Shown here: positions 1-12,695 of the stretch, piece by piece | How the letters are laid out: every line of letters starts with the position of its first letter | Position numbering within the stretch: the first letter of the stretch is position 1 | Source of the DNA: Azolla caroliniana | Taxonomy: Eukaryota; Plantae; Polypodiophyta | DNA length: 64,000 bases | Direction of reading: 5' to 3' | Assembly (NCBI GenBank): GCA_043228905.1 | Contig: JBHGNT010000017.1 | Span: 4,402,001-4,466,000 of the forward strand | Notes under the pieces: model-generated | Told to the model about the DNA's origin: nothing | What the model saw: the letters and a program-made list of their open reading frames with translations, nothing else | Database searches by the model: none | Made by a program: the position numbers and the translations under genes

Positions 1-574
1 TCGACCAGTCCTCCGTAAGCCCATTCGCTCCATCATCGTCTTCGAGCTCAATCCCAATGGCTTCCCGTTCCACTCGGTCGATCAACCTGACGAACAAAAG
101 GACTTTGTCCGCCCCCACCAAACCTTGTTCCCGCTCTGGGAGCCGAGCAAGTCGTCGCTTGAACTCCCGGAATGCCTTCGTCGCACCCCGGTGGGTCTTT
201 GCCGATGCTACCCACTGGTCGAAGTCGTGCAGTCCCCAGCTCTTCCGCCGTCCTCCGTATGCTTTCAGGAGCGCCTCTTCGAAGGCCTCCCACGAACTAT
301 GAGCCTCATTGAGCTCCTTTACTTTCGCATGCATCCGGACAGCCACGGCCCGACAGAAGAACTCCAGCCTCAACGCCTCGTCTACGCCACACTCGTCCAT
401 TTCCGCATTGTAGGCTTCCAAGTAAGATGGGACTTTGTCCCCGTTGAAACGGGCGACTCTTTCGACCACTCGCTCAACCGCTTGTTGTGCTGCTTCTCGC
501 CTCATCACCACTCGTGCCGACTCCAACACCATTTCGGCCACCATCTCCGCAAGGTCGTCGTCTTCCGACTCCAT
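1..574 (-). CDS. gag N-terminus (runs off the window)
   Basis: Open frame MESEDDDLAEMVAE...RFNGDKVPSYLEAYNAEM...WEAFEEALL...LLFVRLID, homologous to the gag at 45643 (RFGGKNAMSYLVSYRAEM...LLFVKAVH). Confidence 0.8.
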   Translation of the reverse strand, partial: MESEDDDLAEMVAEMVLESARVVMRREAAQQAVERVVERVARFNGDKVPSYLEAYNAEMDECGVDEALRLEFFCRAVAVRMHAKVKELNEAHSSWEAFEEALLKAYGGRRKSWGLHDFDQWVASAKTHRGATKAFREFKRRLARLPEREQGLVGADKVLLFVRLIDRVEREAIGIELEDDDGANGLTEDWS

Positions 575-589
575 CCTCCCTTGCCGCCT

Positions 590-607
590 TTCACGTCGGG
601 TTCACCA
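590..607 (-). promoter_or_regulatory. Primer-binding site complementary to tRNA-Trp
   Basis: TGGTGAACCCGACGTGAA, 4 nt inside the LTR end; complementary to the plant tRNA-Trp 3' end TTCACGTCGGGTTCACCA as I recall it. Confidence 0.85.
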
Positions 608-611
608 AAGA

Positions 612-1377
612 TGTCGCGTTGTTACGCGCGTGCATGGAGAAAGGCGGGACCACGGGGGTCTTGGACTAGAGAGCGATGGAGCGTAGGAAGTCGTGCTTCA
701 CTGTTTCCGGGGCATCCCAGAAACACACCGGAAGCAACCGAAGGGAGAGAGAGAGAGATTAACACCGACTCACACACACACACACACACACAGCCACACA
801 CTCGTACACACAACTATACTCGACTCGCGCCTTATGTACAGAAAACGCAGGAGAGGGTAAGCACCCGATGCCAACAGCGACGCGAATATACACAGACAAA
901 CGTAAACGCATATGTATGTATATATATAAAGAATACATTCCCGGCTTCGAGCCGGACCAAGATAGCTTACAACAGTCGTCTGCTGTCAAGCCGCCGTCGG
1001 GGAGCACTCGGGCTTGTCGCGACGAGCGGGGTCTTGCACAGGAGATGAGCGGTAGCAAACCCTAAGCGAACACGAAGGAGAAGAAGAAGAAGAAGAAGCT
1101 AACTCTAAACCTAACGGTATACCCTCTAATGCAAAATGGGCAACCCCTTCACAAAGGGCGTTCCCTTCCTTTTATAGAACAAGGAAAGGGATGCGTTACA
1201 ATGTGGGACAAATCCCGACTTACATGGGATTGTCTGTCCCGACTTAACTACTCTTCGGCGCCATAAAGGCGCCCTCAATATTCACACTAAATGTACATGG
1301 GTGCGTACACACGCTGCACCCCGCCGATGTAGCCAATGTTTCCCGATTTCCGCTTGTGGACGAAAATCTTCACGACA
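612..1377 (-). repeat. 5' LTR of the Trp-primed gypsy element
   Basis: TG...CA termini, adjacent PBS, TATA-like CTATAAAAG near 1170, homology to 44645-45422. Confidence 0.85.
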
Positions 1378-1502
1378 ACGTGGCCCGGATTTGTTCCCGT
1401 TCGACGATTCTCTCTTCTTGTAGGGCGAAGTAGGAATCTGATAAGGCGTCTTTTTGCTCCGAAAGTAGCTTGCATTTGATTAAAAACTTGTCAGCCATCT
1501 CT

Positions 1503-3628
1503 TTAAGGGTTGTACGCTGACTCTGCAGCTCGGCATTCTCCGCATTCATCCTCTCCTCCCGTTCGCGATTTAAACCTCCTGCCGTTGGTTCCAGTCGTGG
1601 GCATTGCGAGTGCGGCCTGTAGGTCTAGAACCTCCGTCTCTTTCTTCACCACTGTGGTTGCGTATTCCTCCAGCTTGTTTTTGAGTTCGGCTTCCTTGGC
1701 CGCGGCTTGCGCTTGTACCTGGCCTAGTGCTTCTTTCTGCTCGTGTATCCTTTGGTCGGCCTGGGCTCTTATCTCAGCCATCTTCTTGGAAGCTTCTTCT
1801 TTTAGGCGAGCCATCACCTCTTGATGCCGTTGCTCGTGTCTCTCGGCTCACCGTTGTTCTTCTTTAAGCTCCGCACGGTAATCCCGGAGCGGGGGTTCAG
1901 TCTGGGTTGCCACCTCCTTGGTTGCACGAGGTGCGGGTAGTTCGGTTTGCTCCACGGCCGTGGCCGCCTCGGTTATTGTGCAGGCATCGACCATTTGTAA
2001 CGAGTCCGTTTGTGTACTAGCCTGCACCTTCAAGATGGAGTCGGTGATGGTGCTTTCATCCATCATCGTTATGCGTGGAGGCGTTGGGAGGGCCTTGGTG
2101 GTCGTTACTGGAAGGCTCGGGACTTGTTGTTCCAGCCGGTTTTGCTCCCCGGCTGCCAGCTTCTGGTTTGCAGCGTGCCATAGTTTTGTAGCCATCTTAG
2201 CCTGGTTTTGGGCTACTTTTATCTTTCGGGCCATGTCTTTGGCTGCCCGCGTAGTGCGATCCAGGTCCCGATATGCCTCGATAAGGGCCGTGTTCAACTC
2301 GGGGACCTCCATGAGGAGAGCGGCCTGTTTTGCCTGCTTCTTCCTCCCGATTTTTTGTAAAGCCCTGTCCTCCTGGGGCTCAATTTCACCTATTAGCGTG
2401 CGTTGAATCATTTTTGTTTCGGCGTGCTCTTCGCCATCAGAGCGGCTGCCGCAACTTGGGCTCTGGCGAGGAAGTCGACCAGCTCGAATGACGTACCGAG
2501 GCGGAGGAGCGCACTAAATTCGTGAGCCTCCGTGGGGAGGTCCTTATACCCGAGGACTTCATCCTCCGAGATCTGTGTTGTCTGCCCATGCTCGATTGTT
2601 CCCTGGTTCAGCGATGCCTCCGTAGGGGTGATGGCCAGGTTGCTCTGTCTGACCACTAAGGCTTGCTCCTGATGTGGCTCCTTCTATTCTTCCGAGGACT
2701 CGCGGTTGAGTTGTCTTCTTTTGCCTGGTTGTGTTTGGAGTTCCGGGGCCGGTAGTGTTGTTTCCTCCGACTGCTTCCTTTTCTGGGGTCTTGGTGGGAC
2801 AGCTTGCTGTGTGTTGGAGCGTGGGCTAGGTCCTGGGGACGTTACCGAGGGGCGCAACATTGGCTGACGAATGGTGACGTCATCGGCCGTGTTGTCTGCC
2901 GCGGTTACCTCCCCCTCCCATTCTTGGCAAGTCTCGAAAACTACCCTTTTTTGTTGGGGCCGGGCGGTTGGTGGAGCAGATGCGGTTTTCTGGTCGGCGG
3001 CAGGGGGTGAAGGCGATGTGGGCTCCTCCCATGCTTCGTGGCTGATGGCCACGAATTTCTCTCTCTGCCTCCGTGGTGGTGGTGGGGACGTGAGTGCGCG
3101 AGGGGAAGGAAGCGAAGAGGGTGGGTATAGCACCATCAAAAAGTGGGTAAGAACAGACAACATCTTCTTACCGGACTGAAATGAAGCTCAGGCGGCGCGG
3201 AGTCCTTCGCCTGTGATGATTCCCCAATCGATTCTGTTTCCTTCATAAGCGCTGATGATGATGGTTTCCTTGTTCTGCGGCATGCTTGTTGGGTTTGTAT
3301 GTACGAACGCATACTCCATCAAGATACGAGCAATCTCCCCGAAAGCTTTGTTGGGCCCGCCATACGTGCGATATGCCTTCCCTGTGGCTGAGTACTCACC
3401 GAAGTACGCCTTCATCTTTGATGCCGAGGGTATGTCGACCTCATGGTCCCCTCCCCATTGCAAGTCCAAAACAGCCCGAAGCACGTTGTTGGTGATGGCT
3501 TCGAGACTTATACGTTTCGCCACAGTTTGGGCATCTGGGTGTGCGGGGGCATCGATGATCTTCAGGTAACCACCCATTCCTCGTTCCTGGAGCCAGGCGC
3601 AGGTTTCTGTTGAGGCGGTAAGAGGCAT
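1503..3628 (-). pseudogene. Extra 3' ORF of the gypsy element (conserved N-terminal domain, Pro-rich linker, coiled coil), broken by stops and frameshifts
   Basis: ORF pieces 3188-3928, 2684-3163, 2408-2656, 1848-2411 and 1503-1817 align in order with 58534-60204 (DWGIITG/DWGVITG; HEFSALLRLGTSFEL/HEFSALLHFGTSFEL). Confidence 0.8.
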
Positions 3629-4199
3629 GGTGGAGATGGAGGCTAGGTTCGACTGTGTGGAAGCGTGAAGCAAAGTGATGAGGCGAGGCCGAGCCACAGG
3701 AGGGACAGTAGGAAGGGGAAGTCCAGCAGAGAGGTTATGAGATCGAAAGAGGGCTTGAGAGCAAGAGCGCTTCGCGTTTTGAGAGCGAGATGGAGTTTCT
3801 GATCTTGAGAGCAATGGAGATGGGGAGCGATAATGGTCTGTGCTGCGTTTTGGAAATTGTTTTGGTAACTTATTCCTAGGGTTTTGTGCCTGCAGCGAAT
3901 CCTGAAGATTCTGAGTCGTGGGTGCCATAATAAGTGACTAGCACCACGTGTCCTAAAGGTGAGTGGGGTGCTTCGAGTGTGCTTTGCATGTGGTTTGCAT
4001 GTGTGAACAGTTTAAATAGGTACTAACTGAGTGGTGGCGAGGGGTGCTCCTAAAATTGGGGTGCCTAAGTGGGTGGTGTAGGTGTAGCTAAACAGTGACT
4101 AAACTATGGTTAATCCTACCTACTACTACTTTTATTAATTTCAAGAAGGTGGGTGAGTCCTTATTCAGGGGGACACATGGCGTCCTCCGTGGTGATCTC

Positions 4200-7100
4200 C
4201 CGAGTCTCGTTGGTGCCGTGTGGCTTGGTAAACGGGTTGGGTGGTGTCGTCCCTCGATATGGTCTAAGCCGAAACCCATTGGCCCAGCTTTTGACCGTGT
4301 CGCCGGCGAGTGTGCCGAGCTGGAACGTCCCGTTGAACTCGTCGATAATCTAGAATGGGCCGGTCCACTGAAATCTTAATTTTCTTGGCATTGACCCGAG
4401 TCGTGTTTGAAAAAGAAGGACTGGTTTGCCGATGGTGAGCTCCTTCTCCAGCCCATGTCGATTTCGATCCACGAAAGCCTTGCGTTGTCGTTGGCGTTGT
4501 TCGAGCTGGGCCATACTCTCTATCCTATCTTCCCTGAGTTCGAGGAGTTGTTCTAGCCGGTATTGCTCGAATTCGGCCTCGGGGATCCATGCTTTGACTT
4601 GAACTCGGAGGCTCGGAACTTGGAACTCGACGGGCATTACGGCTTCTAACCCGAACGCCATTCGAAAGGGAAGTCGATTGGATGCTTGTTTTGAAAGTCG
4701 TACGATACGCCCACAGCGCGCTCTGGAGTTTGTCGTCCCAATCGGTCCTGTTTTCATTGACGATCTTCTTCAGTATGGTTTGGAGGATTTTATTTGTCGA
4801 TTCTGCCAAGCCGTTCGCCTACGGGTAGTATGGTGTGCTTTTCTTGTGCACCACCGCGTAGTGGTGTGTCAGCTCACGTATTATATGATTGATGAAGTGC
4901 CCACCTTGGTCACTAACGAGCTCGATTGGACATCTGTAACGGCACCAGAGGTGCTCGTACACAAATTTAGCCGTGGATGCCGCCGTGGATACCGCCGTGT
5001 TATCTCGAAGTGCCTTAGCCTCGACCCATTTGGTGCAGTAATCTGTGGCAACGATAATATATCTATTCCCTGTTCGGGCTGCGAGTGGTTTGAAAGGACC
5101 TACAAAATCCAAACCCCATTTTTGAAATGGATCCAACAGAAGAATCGGCTGGTGTGGCATCCGTGACTGTTCCATTGGTTGCCCCAGACGTTGACACAAA
5201 TCGCACTGCCGGCAAAACTCGTGAGCGTCTTTCTTTGTTGTCAGCCACCATAATCCACTTTGCCAAACTTTCCTTGCCGTGGAATCCCCGGCGTAGTGTC
5301 CCCTAGATACTCCTTGGTGGGCTTCCTGAAGAACAGCGTTCTTCTCGAACTACCGAATCGCTCGGCGCCATATGCCGTCCGAGCCTTTGTGGTAGAGAAT
5401 GTCCGAGACGAGGCAAAAATTCCGGCTCCGCACTGTTAGGCGTTTTCTCGTGTCAAGGGTCATGTGCTCAGGAGGTACACCGGTAGTGAGAAAATGGGTC
5501 ATCTCCGTGATCCATTCATCTCCGTTATCGTCTGGTACCGTGGTCAGGTTAAATAGGCTAGCATCCGGTAGCTCGTCGTACGTTGTTTTCGCCGGTTCTC
5601 CTGACTCAAGACGGCTCAAGTAGTCGGCAACGGCATGTTGTACCCCGAGTCGATGCTGAATCTGAATATCAAACTCTTGTAGTAGGAGCATCCACCGAGC
5701 CAACCGTCCGGTGAGGGCTTGTTTATTGACCAAATAAATAAGGGCCGAGTGATCCACGTGAAAGGTAAATTTTCAGCCCAAGAGGTAATGCCGAAATTTA
5801 TTGATGCTATAAATCATACCGAGAACCTCCCGCTCGGTGGTGGAGTAATTCTTTTCCGCGGTCGAGAGCCGTCGGCTGGCGTAGTACATGGGCCTATACC
5901 AATTCGGGGGTGTGCATTGCATCAGAGCACTTCCAATGGCGATGTCTGAAGCATCCACGAAGACATGAAACGGTTCGGACCAAACCGGAGACTAGACCAC
6001 CGGGGCATGTAACAGCATTCGTTTGAGGGTCTGATAGGCTGTGTCCTCGACTGACGTCCATTGGAAAGGAAGGCGATGGACTACCACGTGTAAGGGTGTC
6101 GCGAAATCGGCCAAGTGTTGTATCATTCGACTGTGCCACCGGATCTGTCCCAAAAAACGGCTTAGTGCCTTAGCGTTCGAGGGTGCGGGGGCCTCCAAGA
6201 TTGCCTTTACTTTATCCGGGTCCATAGCGATGCCTTCTTGACTCACAATATGGCCAAGAAGGTTGCCGTTGGTGACTAAGAATGCGCATTTCGCCGGGTT
6301 TAAACTCAATCGAGCTTGGCGACATCGGTCCAGGCAAAGTCGTAACTGGGTCATGTGTTCCCGTCGATGGCCATACACGGCGAAATCGTCGAGAAAAACT
6401 TGCATGAACGCCGGGATGTAGTCATGAAAGATTTCAGTGATGATGCGCTGGAACATAGCCGGCGCTGTTTTTAGACCGAACATCATAACTTCTGCTACAA
6501 AAACACCCCATTCCGTGACGAAAGCGGTTTTCTCTTGATCCTCCGGGTGCATTCTTATCTGGTTATAGCCGCTGAACCCGTCGAGGAAACTGTAGCATTC
6601 GTGGCCGGCTACCGTGTCGAGGACGCTATCCGTGAATAGGAGAGGGAAACCGTCGGTGACTGTTGCCGCGTTAAGCTTCCAATAGTCGACGCAGACGCGG
6701 ATTTTTCCGTTCTTCTTTGGGACCACTACGATCGGGCTCAACCATGTAGCCCGTTTAACAGGACGAATGAAGCCCACTCGGAGTAACTTGTCAATTTCCT
6801 CTTTGACTTTAGCGGCGTAGTTGGGGTTCATCCTGTAGCGCCTCTGCTGAACCGGCCGAGTGTTGGGTAAGATGTGAATTTGATGTTGGTAGTATTGAGG
6901 ATCCAACCCCTTCATATCGGTGTAAGACCAAGCGAAAACATCCTGGTAGTTGGTGAGTAATTTTACGAGGCATGCCCGTTCGCCGATTGGTAGATTATTG
7001 GCAATTTGTATCGTACGGGGATTCTCGTCCGAACCGAGGTTTATTGTTTCCAGGGTTGATGCTTTCACTCGTTGTGAAACGGCGAGTTCGCGTTCGAAAG

Positions 7101-9542
7101 CCTCCCGAGCATGACATAGCTCGGCAACTGTGGTTGCATCGGGTTCATCCTGGGGTGGTGACTCCTCCGTGACTCCCTTGTCTTTAGATGGCTCGATGGT
7201 TAGTAAGACATTGATTTCGAAGAGAGGAATGATCGTGGGATGATCATCTAAGAAGTCATCGACCTCCTCATCGGCCAATCCGTCGAGCATATGGACCCCT
7301 TCCGCGTATAACGGCGAAGTGTTGAGGGCGACGGGGACTCGTTCTTTAGTGATGATCTGGACTTTTGTCTTCCCTCTTCGGAACGAGATCATGTTGCGTT
7401 GCCAATGTTGCTTGATATTCGTTGTACGCAACCATGGTCGACCTAGTAACATTGGGTAGGCGCCTTGTGTCTCCAGTCGTAGCACGACAGCCGAGATCGT
7501 GAACATGTGGCCTCTGAGTGTGAAGTCGAGATGGCGGATTAAACCAATGGGGCGAACGGAGCGGGTGTCGGCCATCTGAAGCCAAAAGGGGCATGGTTCC
7601 CATTGATTCAGGCTGAGTTTGAGACACGTTGATTCGCTAATAACGTTTACGCCGGACCCGCCGTCAATGATGCATCCGTGCAGGTCTTGTCCCTTAATGA
7701 TGATTCGCACGGCTGGGTTCTGAGAATCCATGAGTGGTGGACCAGTACCTGCTTCGGTGAGGTGTACCGGTGGTGTCACGGTCTTAGTATTGGCCTGTAG
7801 TGCCACCAGGGTGTCCCAAAATCTCGGCATGAGTGGTAGCAGTTTATGTAGGGGCAGCGAGATGCGGGAATTGGTAAGCACATCCCGTAGTTGGTCGTCC
7901 TCCGATGACGTGGGTAGTGCCAGGGTTTGTGGTACTTCACTGGGCCCGTCCCTCATGTCAGTTTGCATGCGTGCGGCATTATTTTTATTGGCCATGTCGA
8001 CCCATTTTTTTGCTGCCTGTCGTACTTCATCCTGGATTTGCCACTGAGTAGTCTGTGCTTTACTCCGGGTAGTGACCGTTTGAACATCGGCCATGATACT
8101 ATTTACCGCGGGTGCCTTGCCACGGTTGGTTGTCGGACATTGCGTGGCGTAGTGGCCTGGTTGGTTACATTTAAAACATGTCACGTTGGCCGAGCTACTG
8201 GTGTCCACTCGGTCTGTGTGTGGAAGTTGTTGTTGTTGATCCTCGGTCTCGTTTGGTGGTGGGTTGTTCCGAGGTGCGTTGGAGTTGCGCTGGTCATGTT
8301 GAGGAGCGTCCCATCGGCGGTTGTGATTAGGTCTTCTATTGTTGCGTGTGTTGCGATTGCTGTTTCGCCGATCCATGCGTGAGCTCCTTCGGTCATACCG
8401 ATCATCGCGATCGTCATCATACCCAGCATAATCGTCGTGCCGGTCATCGCGATAATAATCACGGCGATTATCACGTTGGTAGTCGTCGTTTCGGCGCCAT
8501 CGATCCGGGGATCGCGGTTGGTCCTTATCCTGGTCGCGGTAGATATATCGCTCGTCCTGCCGAGAGTATGTATTGCGTGGCTCGATCTAGCGGACCGGTG
8601 CTGCCGTTGTGCGGTTCAGCATATTATATTCGCACTGCTCGATCGTGTGAGCTCGAGACTGACAGATCGGACACTGTGGTCGGTGGGGACATTCCAGGGC
8701 CAGGTGCCCTGATCCTGAACACGCAGTGCATTGGAGGTGGCGAAAGCGATTTTCCTCTTGGGGAAGAGCGTTTTGCAAGGATGTCATCGAGAAGGCCGTG
8801 CCGTGCTGATTCCGATCGAGGGCGAGAACGCGCGCTATGACTTGTTCGATAGTATGGCTGGCGAAATTTGTAAGTGCGAGAGTTGTTCATAGAGGCTCTC
8901 ATAAACTGGTATATGTTGTGCCGAGACATCATCGACCACTTGTCTGTAGAGATCCTGGAACCGGATCGTGAACTGCGCGACCGTTTCGTGCGGTTCCTGG
9001 CATATAGAGAAGAATTGCCGTAGCAATTCTCGTTTAGGCACCTCGCGATGAAAAAGTTCAAGGAACTTTGTGCGCACGATTTGGAAACTGGTGGCCTCTC
9101 CTATATCGAGACGAGAGTACCATCGTGTGGCCGGTCCCTCGAGGGAGAGTGTGAACTCGGCAATCTTCGAGGCATCGATTTCGGCCGGTGTGAGGCGGTG
9201 CGTGGAGTGGTTAGCCTGCCACATGGATATGAAGGCACGGACGTGTGACTCCACGTCAGGTCCATCAGCATATCGTGGGTATGGGTACGGCATGATGTCG
9301 TACTGTGGTTCTTCTGGTAGCACCGGAAAAGGGTTTAGTTCCGGTTGATTGACCTCCGGAGGGCTCGACAGGGGCTCTGGTGGTGAATCCACTCGCGATC
9401 GAGTGTCCGGTGGCGAGGATTGCATTGGACAAGCCCCCGATTGATCGGGAAAGGATTGGTCAGTGACCGCCGAGTCGGAAGTTCCTTCGACTGGCTCAGG
9501 GCGTCGGGCAGGTGGCCGAGACCTCGTGGTGCGGGAGGGCAC
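4200..9542 (-). pseudogene. gag-pol polyprotein (gag, zinc knuckle, protease, RT, RNase H, integrase) with stops and frameshifts
   Basis: CFKCNQPGHYATQC; IIDGGSGVN; LDGFSGYNQI; FLDDF; DASDIAIG...NYSTTERE; WGLDFVGP; SDQGGHF; ALWAYRT; WTGPF. Confidence 0.93.
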
Positions 9543-9598
9543 GATAACGGCGGCTGGTGGTTACCTTCAATGAAGTTCGTTGTGCACTCATAGTTGTA

Positions 9599-9611
9599 AC
9601 CGGGCGTGCCA
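9599..9611 (-). promoter_or_regulatory. Primer-binding site complementary to tRNA-Arg(UCU)
   Basis: TGGCACGCCCGGT, 3 nt inside the 5' LTR end; matches a tRNA-Arg 3' end ...ACCGGGCGTGCCA. Confidence 0.75.
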
Positions 9612-9614
9612 AAT

Positions 9615-10070
9615 TGTGTTACCCGTTCCTTTGGGTGAACACCTTCGATAGATCTGCGTCTATCGGTCTTCAAGGGCGTGGTACGTGAAGGCTCGTACAG
9701 AGGCGTCGAGAGAGATACAGGGCTCAGAGAGAAAACACTAGCGAGGTTTGGATAGACGTGGCGGCGTGAAACTCATAGATATAGATCGAACCACAACCTC
9801 ATGCAGCAAAATAGGCACAAATAAGATATATTACTATGGCAAAAACGGATTACAGAACACGGCCTATGGCCGGTGACCTTACGAGTTTATCTAATTCGAA
9901 TGACTAGGCTAGTGCTTCTGCCTATAATTTTCTTCTCCCCCTTTCTGAGGTACTGCCCCTTGTTTAAATAACTTTTCCCCTAACACACCGCCGAGCCATC
10001 GGTGGCCCGTGATACTCGGACTCAGCGTTTGCTAATTTCCTAATTTTACATTTCTATCCTCTGGACAACA
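9615..10070 (-). repeat. 5' LTR of the Arg-primed gypsy element
   Basis: Minus strand TGTTGTCC...AACACA; abuts the PBS on one side and interrupted copia RNase H codons (ACAAC) on the other. Confidence 0.8.
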
Positions 10071-12472
10071 ACAACCTCAACAACATCCACCTTGCGAAAA
10101 ACCCTGTATTCCACGCTCGAACTAAGCACATTGAGGTGCACTACCATTTTGTTCGCGAGCGTGTCCTTTCTGGTGAAGTTGAACTGGTGTATGTTCTGAC
10201 GGGTCGGCAGATTGCCGACATCTTCACCAAGCCCCTTGGTCTCGACAAGTTACGACATTTCTCAGTTGCGTTGGGGTTGCGTCACCTCGACAGGCCGAAC
10301 TTGAGTGAAAGACAAGAATAGGAACAAGAGCATGAAAGGAGCAGTAGTAACCGCGATGTTGAATCAGATGAAGAATTCGATTTCGGGCCGGCTGAAGAAG
10401 CCGAATGAAAAAACAAGGGTTGTAATCGCAAGGAAGAGCCGAAGACAGCCGAACAAAAGGGAAACAAAGCCAAGAAAGGCGTAAAGGCCAAGACTAAGAC
10501 ATGGTCGGACGTAGTTAAGGGCCTGAAGACAGAAGACGAATTGGAGACAACCAATTCGAGTGAAAGAGGGAATGAATCGGAAATGTTCGATTCAATCATA
10601 ATGTTCAATTCCGATACGCCGAATCAACTAAGGGCCAAGCGGAGAAAAGAGCAGCAAAATAGGCGCCAAAATGGGGACAACAAGGGAGCTGAGAAAGGCC
10701 ACATGAGTAGACAAGCGGACCAAAAGGGTTGAGGTGTGCGGAATCGGACGGGTCGAGGAGCACGAGCGAGGCGTAAAGCCAAGAGAAGCTAGAGCGAAGA
10801 TCCGAAAAAGCATATGGAACCTCAAGTTGAGCTTCAGGGGGAGTGTTGAGAGATAAGCTCAACATTGGGTGCGTAAACGGGTGTGTAACCCAGTGTGTAG
10901 ATTGGGTGCATAAAACCGTATGCAAAATATGGTCATTGCGGTGTGTAAACCGAGAGGCCATTAGAACATTGTCGTGAAGATTTTCGGCAATGGTGTGAAA
11001 ATTGGGAGGAATGTCCAAAATCGAGTGTGGTTCTTCACACAAGACATGAAACAATGATAGTGAAGATACTATTTTAGATTAGCTTAATATCTTGGTATGG
11101 GAAGATAGAGGTCTTCAAGAGCTTCTGAATGTACTTTACAATATTTGAAACAGACAAATAAATGTCAAGTTATGTGGGTATGAAGTTGCGAAAAAAAGAA
11201 AAGAAAAGAAAAGAAAAACAAACCTGTTAGATGTCCCACATAGATAGGACAAACAAGGATCCTACAATATATAAAGCAAAGCCAAAAGCTATTATTTTGT
11301 GTCTATGTGTGTAGCATAGAGAGGTCAAGGTCACTTAAATTAAGTTAATCAAATGAATGGATGTGGCCTAGCTACTTGCAAAGGTTTTCGCCAACCAAAA
11401 CCAGACCGGCGATGGCAGTTGACGACGGATCCGGCAAGGCGGCAACAACCGGTGACCGGCTAGTCTAGTGACGGAACCGGCTTGGGATGTAGACCAAACG
11501 GGTGCAAATCGGACGGATCGAGGTGCGGTCATCGGCCGGTGACGGAACCTGCTCGGGATGTGCAAATTGGACGGATCGGGATGCGGCAATCGGCCGATGA
11601 CAGAACCAGCTAGGGATGCGGACCAAACGAGTGCAAATTGGACGGATCGATTGATCGCGGTGCATGGTGTCTTAAAGATATTTTGTGTAATTACAAGACC
11701 AAAAGCCTAATAGTATTTTGTTCTTTAAAAAGGGATGTATGCAAGACTTGAACATTGCACCTCCAAGTTGAGAGTCTCATACATGAGAGCTTAGATGATA
11801 ACATGGCAAGCCTGCATTCCGTGCATGTCTTGCACCATATGCATGGGGGCATCTATAAAAGAGTGGAGGAATGAAGAAAGTGGGGCGATGTATTAATCAA
11901 GAAATTAAAAGTAAGAAATTCGTTATCCAATTGATGTACCAATCTTGTTCTTCAAATCTAAAGTCAAGAGTTCAATCTTAATCTCTCTCAATCTAAAGTC
12001 AAGCGTTCTATCTTATCTCAATCTCTCTCTCTCTCTTTCAATCTATCTTAATTCCTTTCTCGCTAAAGCTAGTGCAAACTTCGAGTCCTTCCGGTCCAGA
12101 ACCCCAGCGGTTCCGCCTCACGATCCGCACGTAGTGACGAATCTTCACGACAACGTTATTCCTCATAAGGAATAATTTTGGGGGTAAGTGTAGGATGCTC
12201 ATTTATGAGCAGTCGGGTACTGTAAGTACTTGTGTCAGCCCGATAGTCAGGGCTTGTATAAAAGGTGCTCACTGAGCACCAAGTATGTACAAAGAACATA
12301 CAGAGAATTACGGTTTTTTAGTATAGTTACGTTCTCTCTCTTTCTCTCTCTCTCTCTCTCCTCTCCCTCTCATTCTCTGTGATTTCTGTGTTTTACCGAA
12401 CTGTCGTACTTCCGAACCATGTACTCAATTCAGTGTCTTACGCATACGCTTCTGCACACATATTCTTTTATA
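10071..12472 (+). mobile_element. 3' end of a Ty1/copia element (RNase H, charged tail, PPT, 3' LTR interrupted by a solo LTR)
   Basis: NLNNIHLAKNPVFHARTKHIEVHYHFVRE...QIADIFTKPL; PPT GAGCTTCAGGGGGAG 10829-10843; LTR starts TGTTGAG at 10844; same family as 63446-64000. Confidence 0.88.
10970..12152 (+). mobile_element. Solo LTR of the TGTCGTGAAGA gypsy family inserted into the copia LTR
   Basis: Termini TGTCGTGAAGATT/AATCTTCACGACA; 4-bp TSD ACAT/ACGT; internal ~50-70 bp tandem repeats at 11400-11660; TATA near 11855. Confidence 0.8.
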
Positions 12473-12695
12473 GTGTATGACTAGGCAATGCTAAATTCAG
12501 TCTACTAAGGCTACATGAAACTATGGCTAGAAGTTGCCAAATGAGTTAATATGGCTACAAAAACAAATGCATGCATAGCCTCCCCAAGAATAATAACACC
12601 ATGAGCACCCATAAATGACGAGGTTTACATCACACAGGGATAAGAAATTGCGAAGATGTGAGACATATACATATGTAATACATACATAGATACAC

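Larger units (their letters stand above)
1..1377 (-). mobile_element. 5' part of a Ty3/gypsy element of the tRNA-Trp-primed family (5' LTR, PBS, start of gag), inserted into the extra ORF of the element at 1378-10070
   Basis: LTR 612-1377 (minus strand TGTCGTGAAG...CGCGACA); PBS at 590-607; gag ATG at 574; flanked by ACGT at 1378-1381; LTR is colinear with 44645-45422. Confidence 0.88.
1378..10070 (-). mobile_element. Athila/Tat-like (non-chromovirus) Ty3/gypsy retrotransposon, degenerate, with an extra 3' ORF; 3' end lies beyond the nested insertion
   Basis: 5' LTR ~9615-10070, tRNA-Arg PBS, then gag, CCHC knuckle, protease, RT, RNase H and integrase in gypsy order; inserted into a copia RNase H at 10071. 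Confidence 0.92.

Noticed and set aside
590-607. tRNA gene fragments at PBS sites
   Set aside because: Only 13-18 nt match tRNA 3' ends; no cloverleaf; these are primer-binding sites.
125-1048. 307-aa + strand ORF
   Set aside because: Antisense to gag and the LTR, and includes a microsatellite translation.
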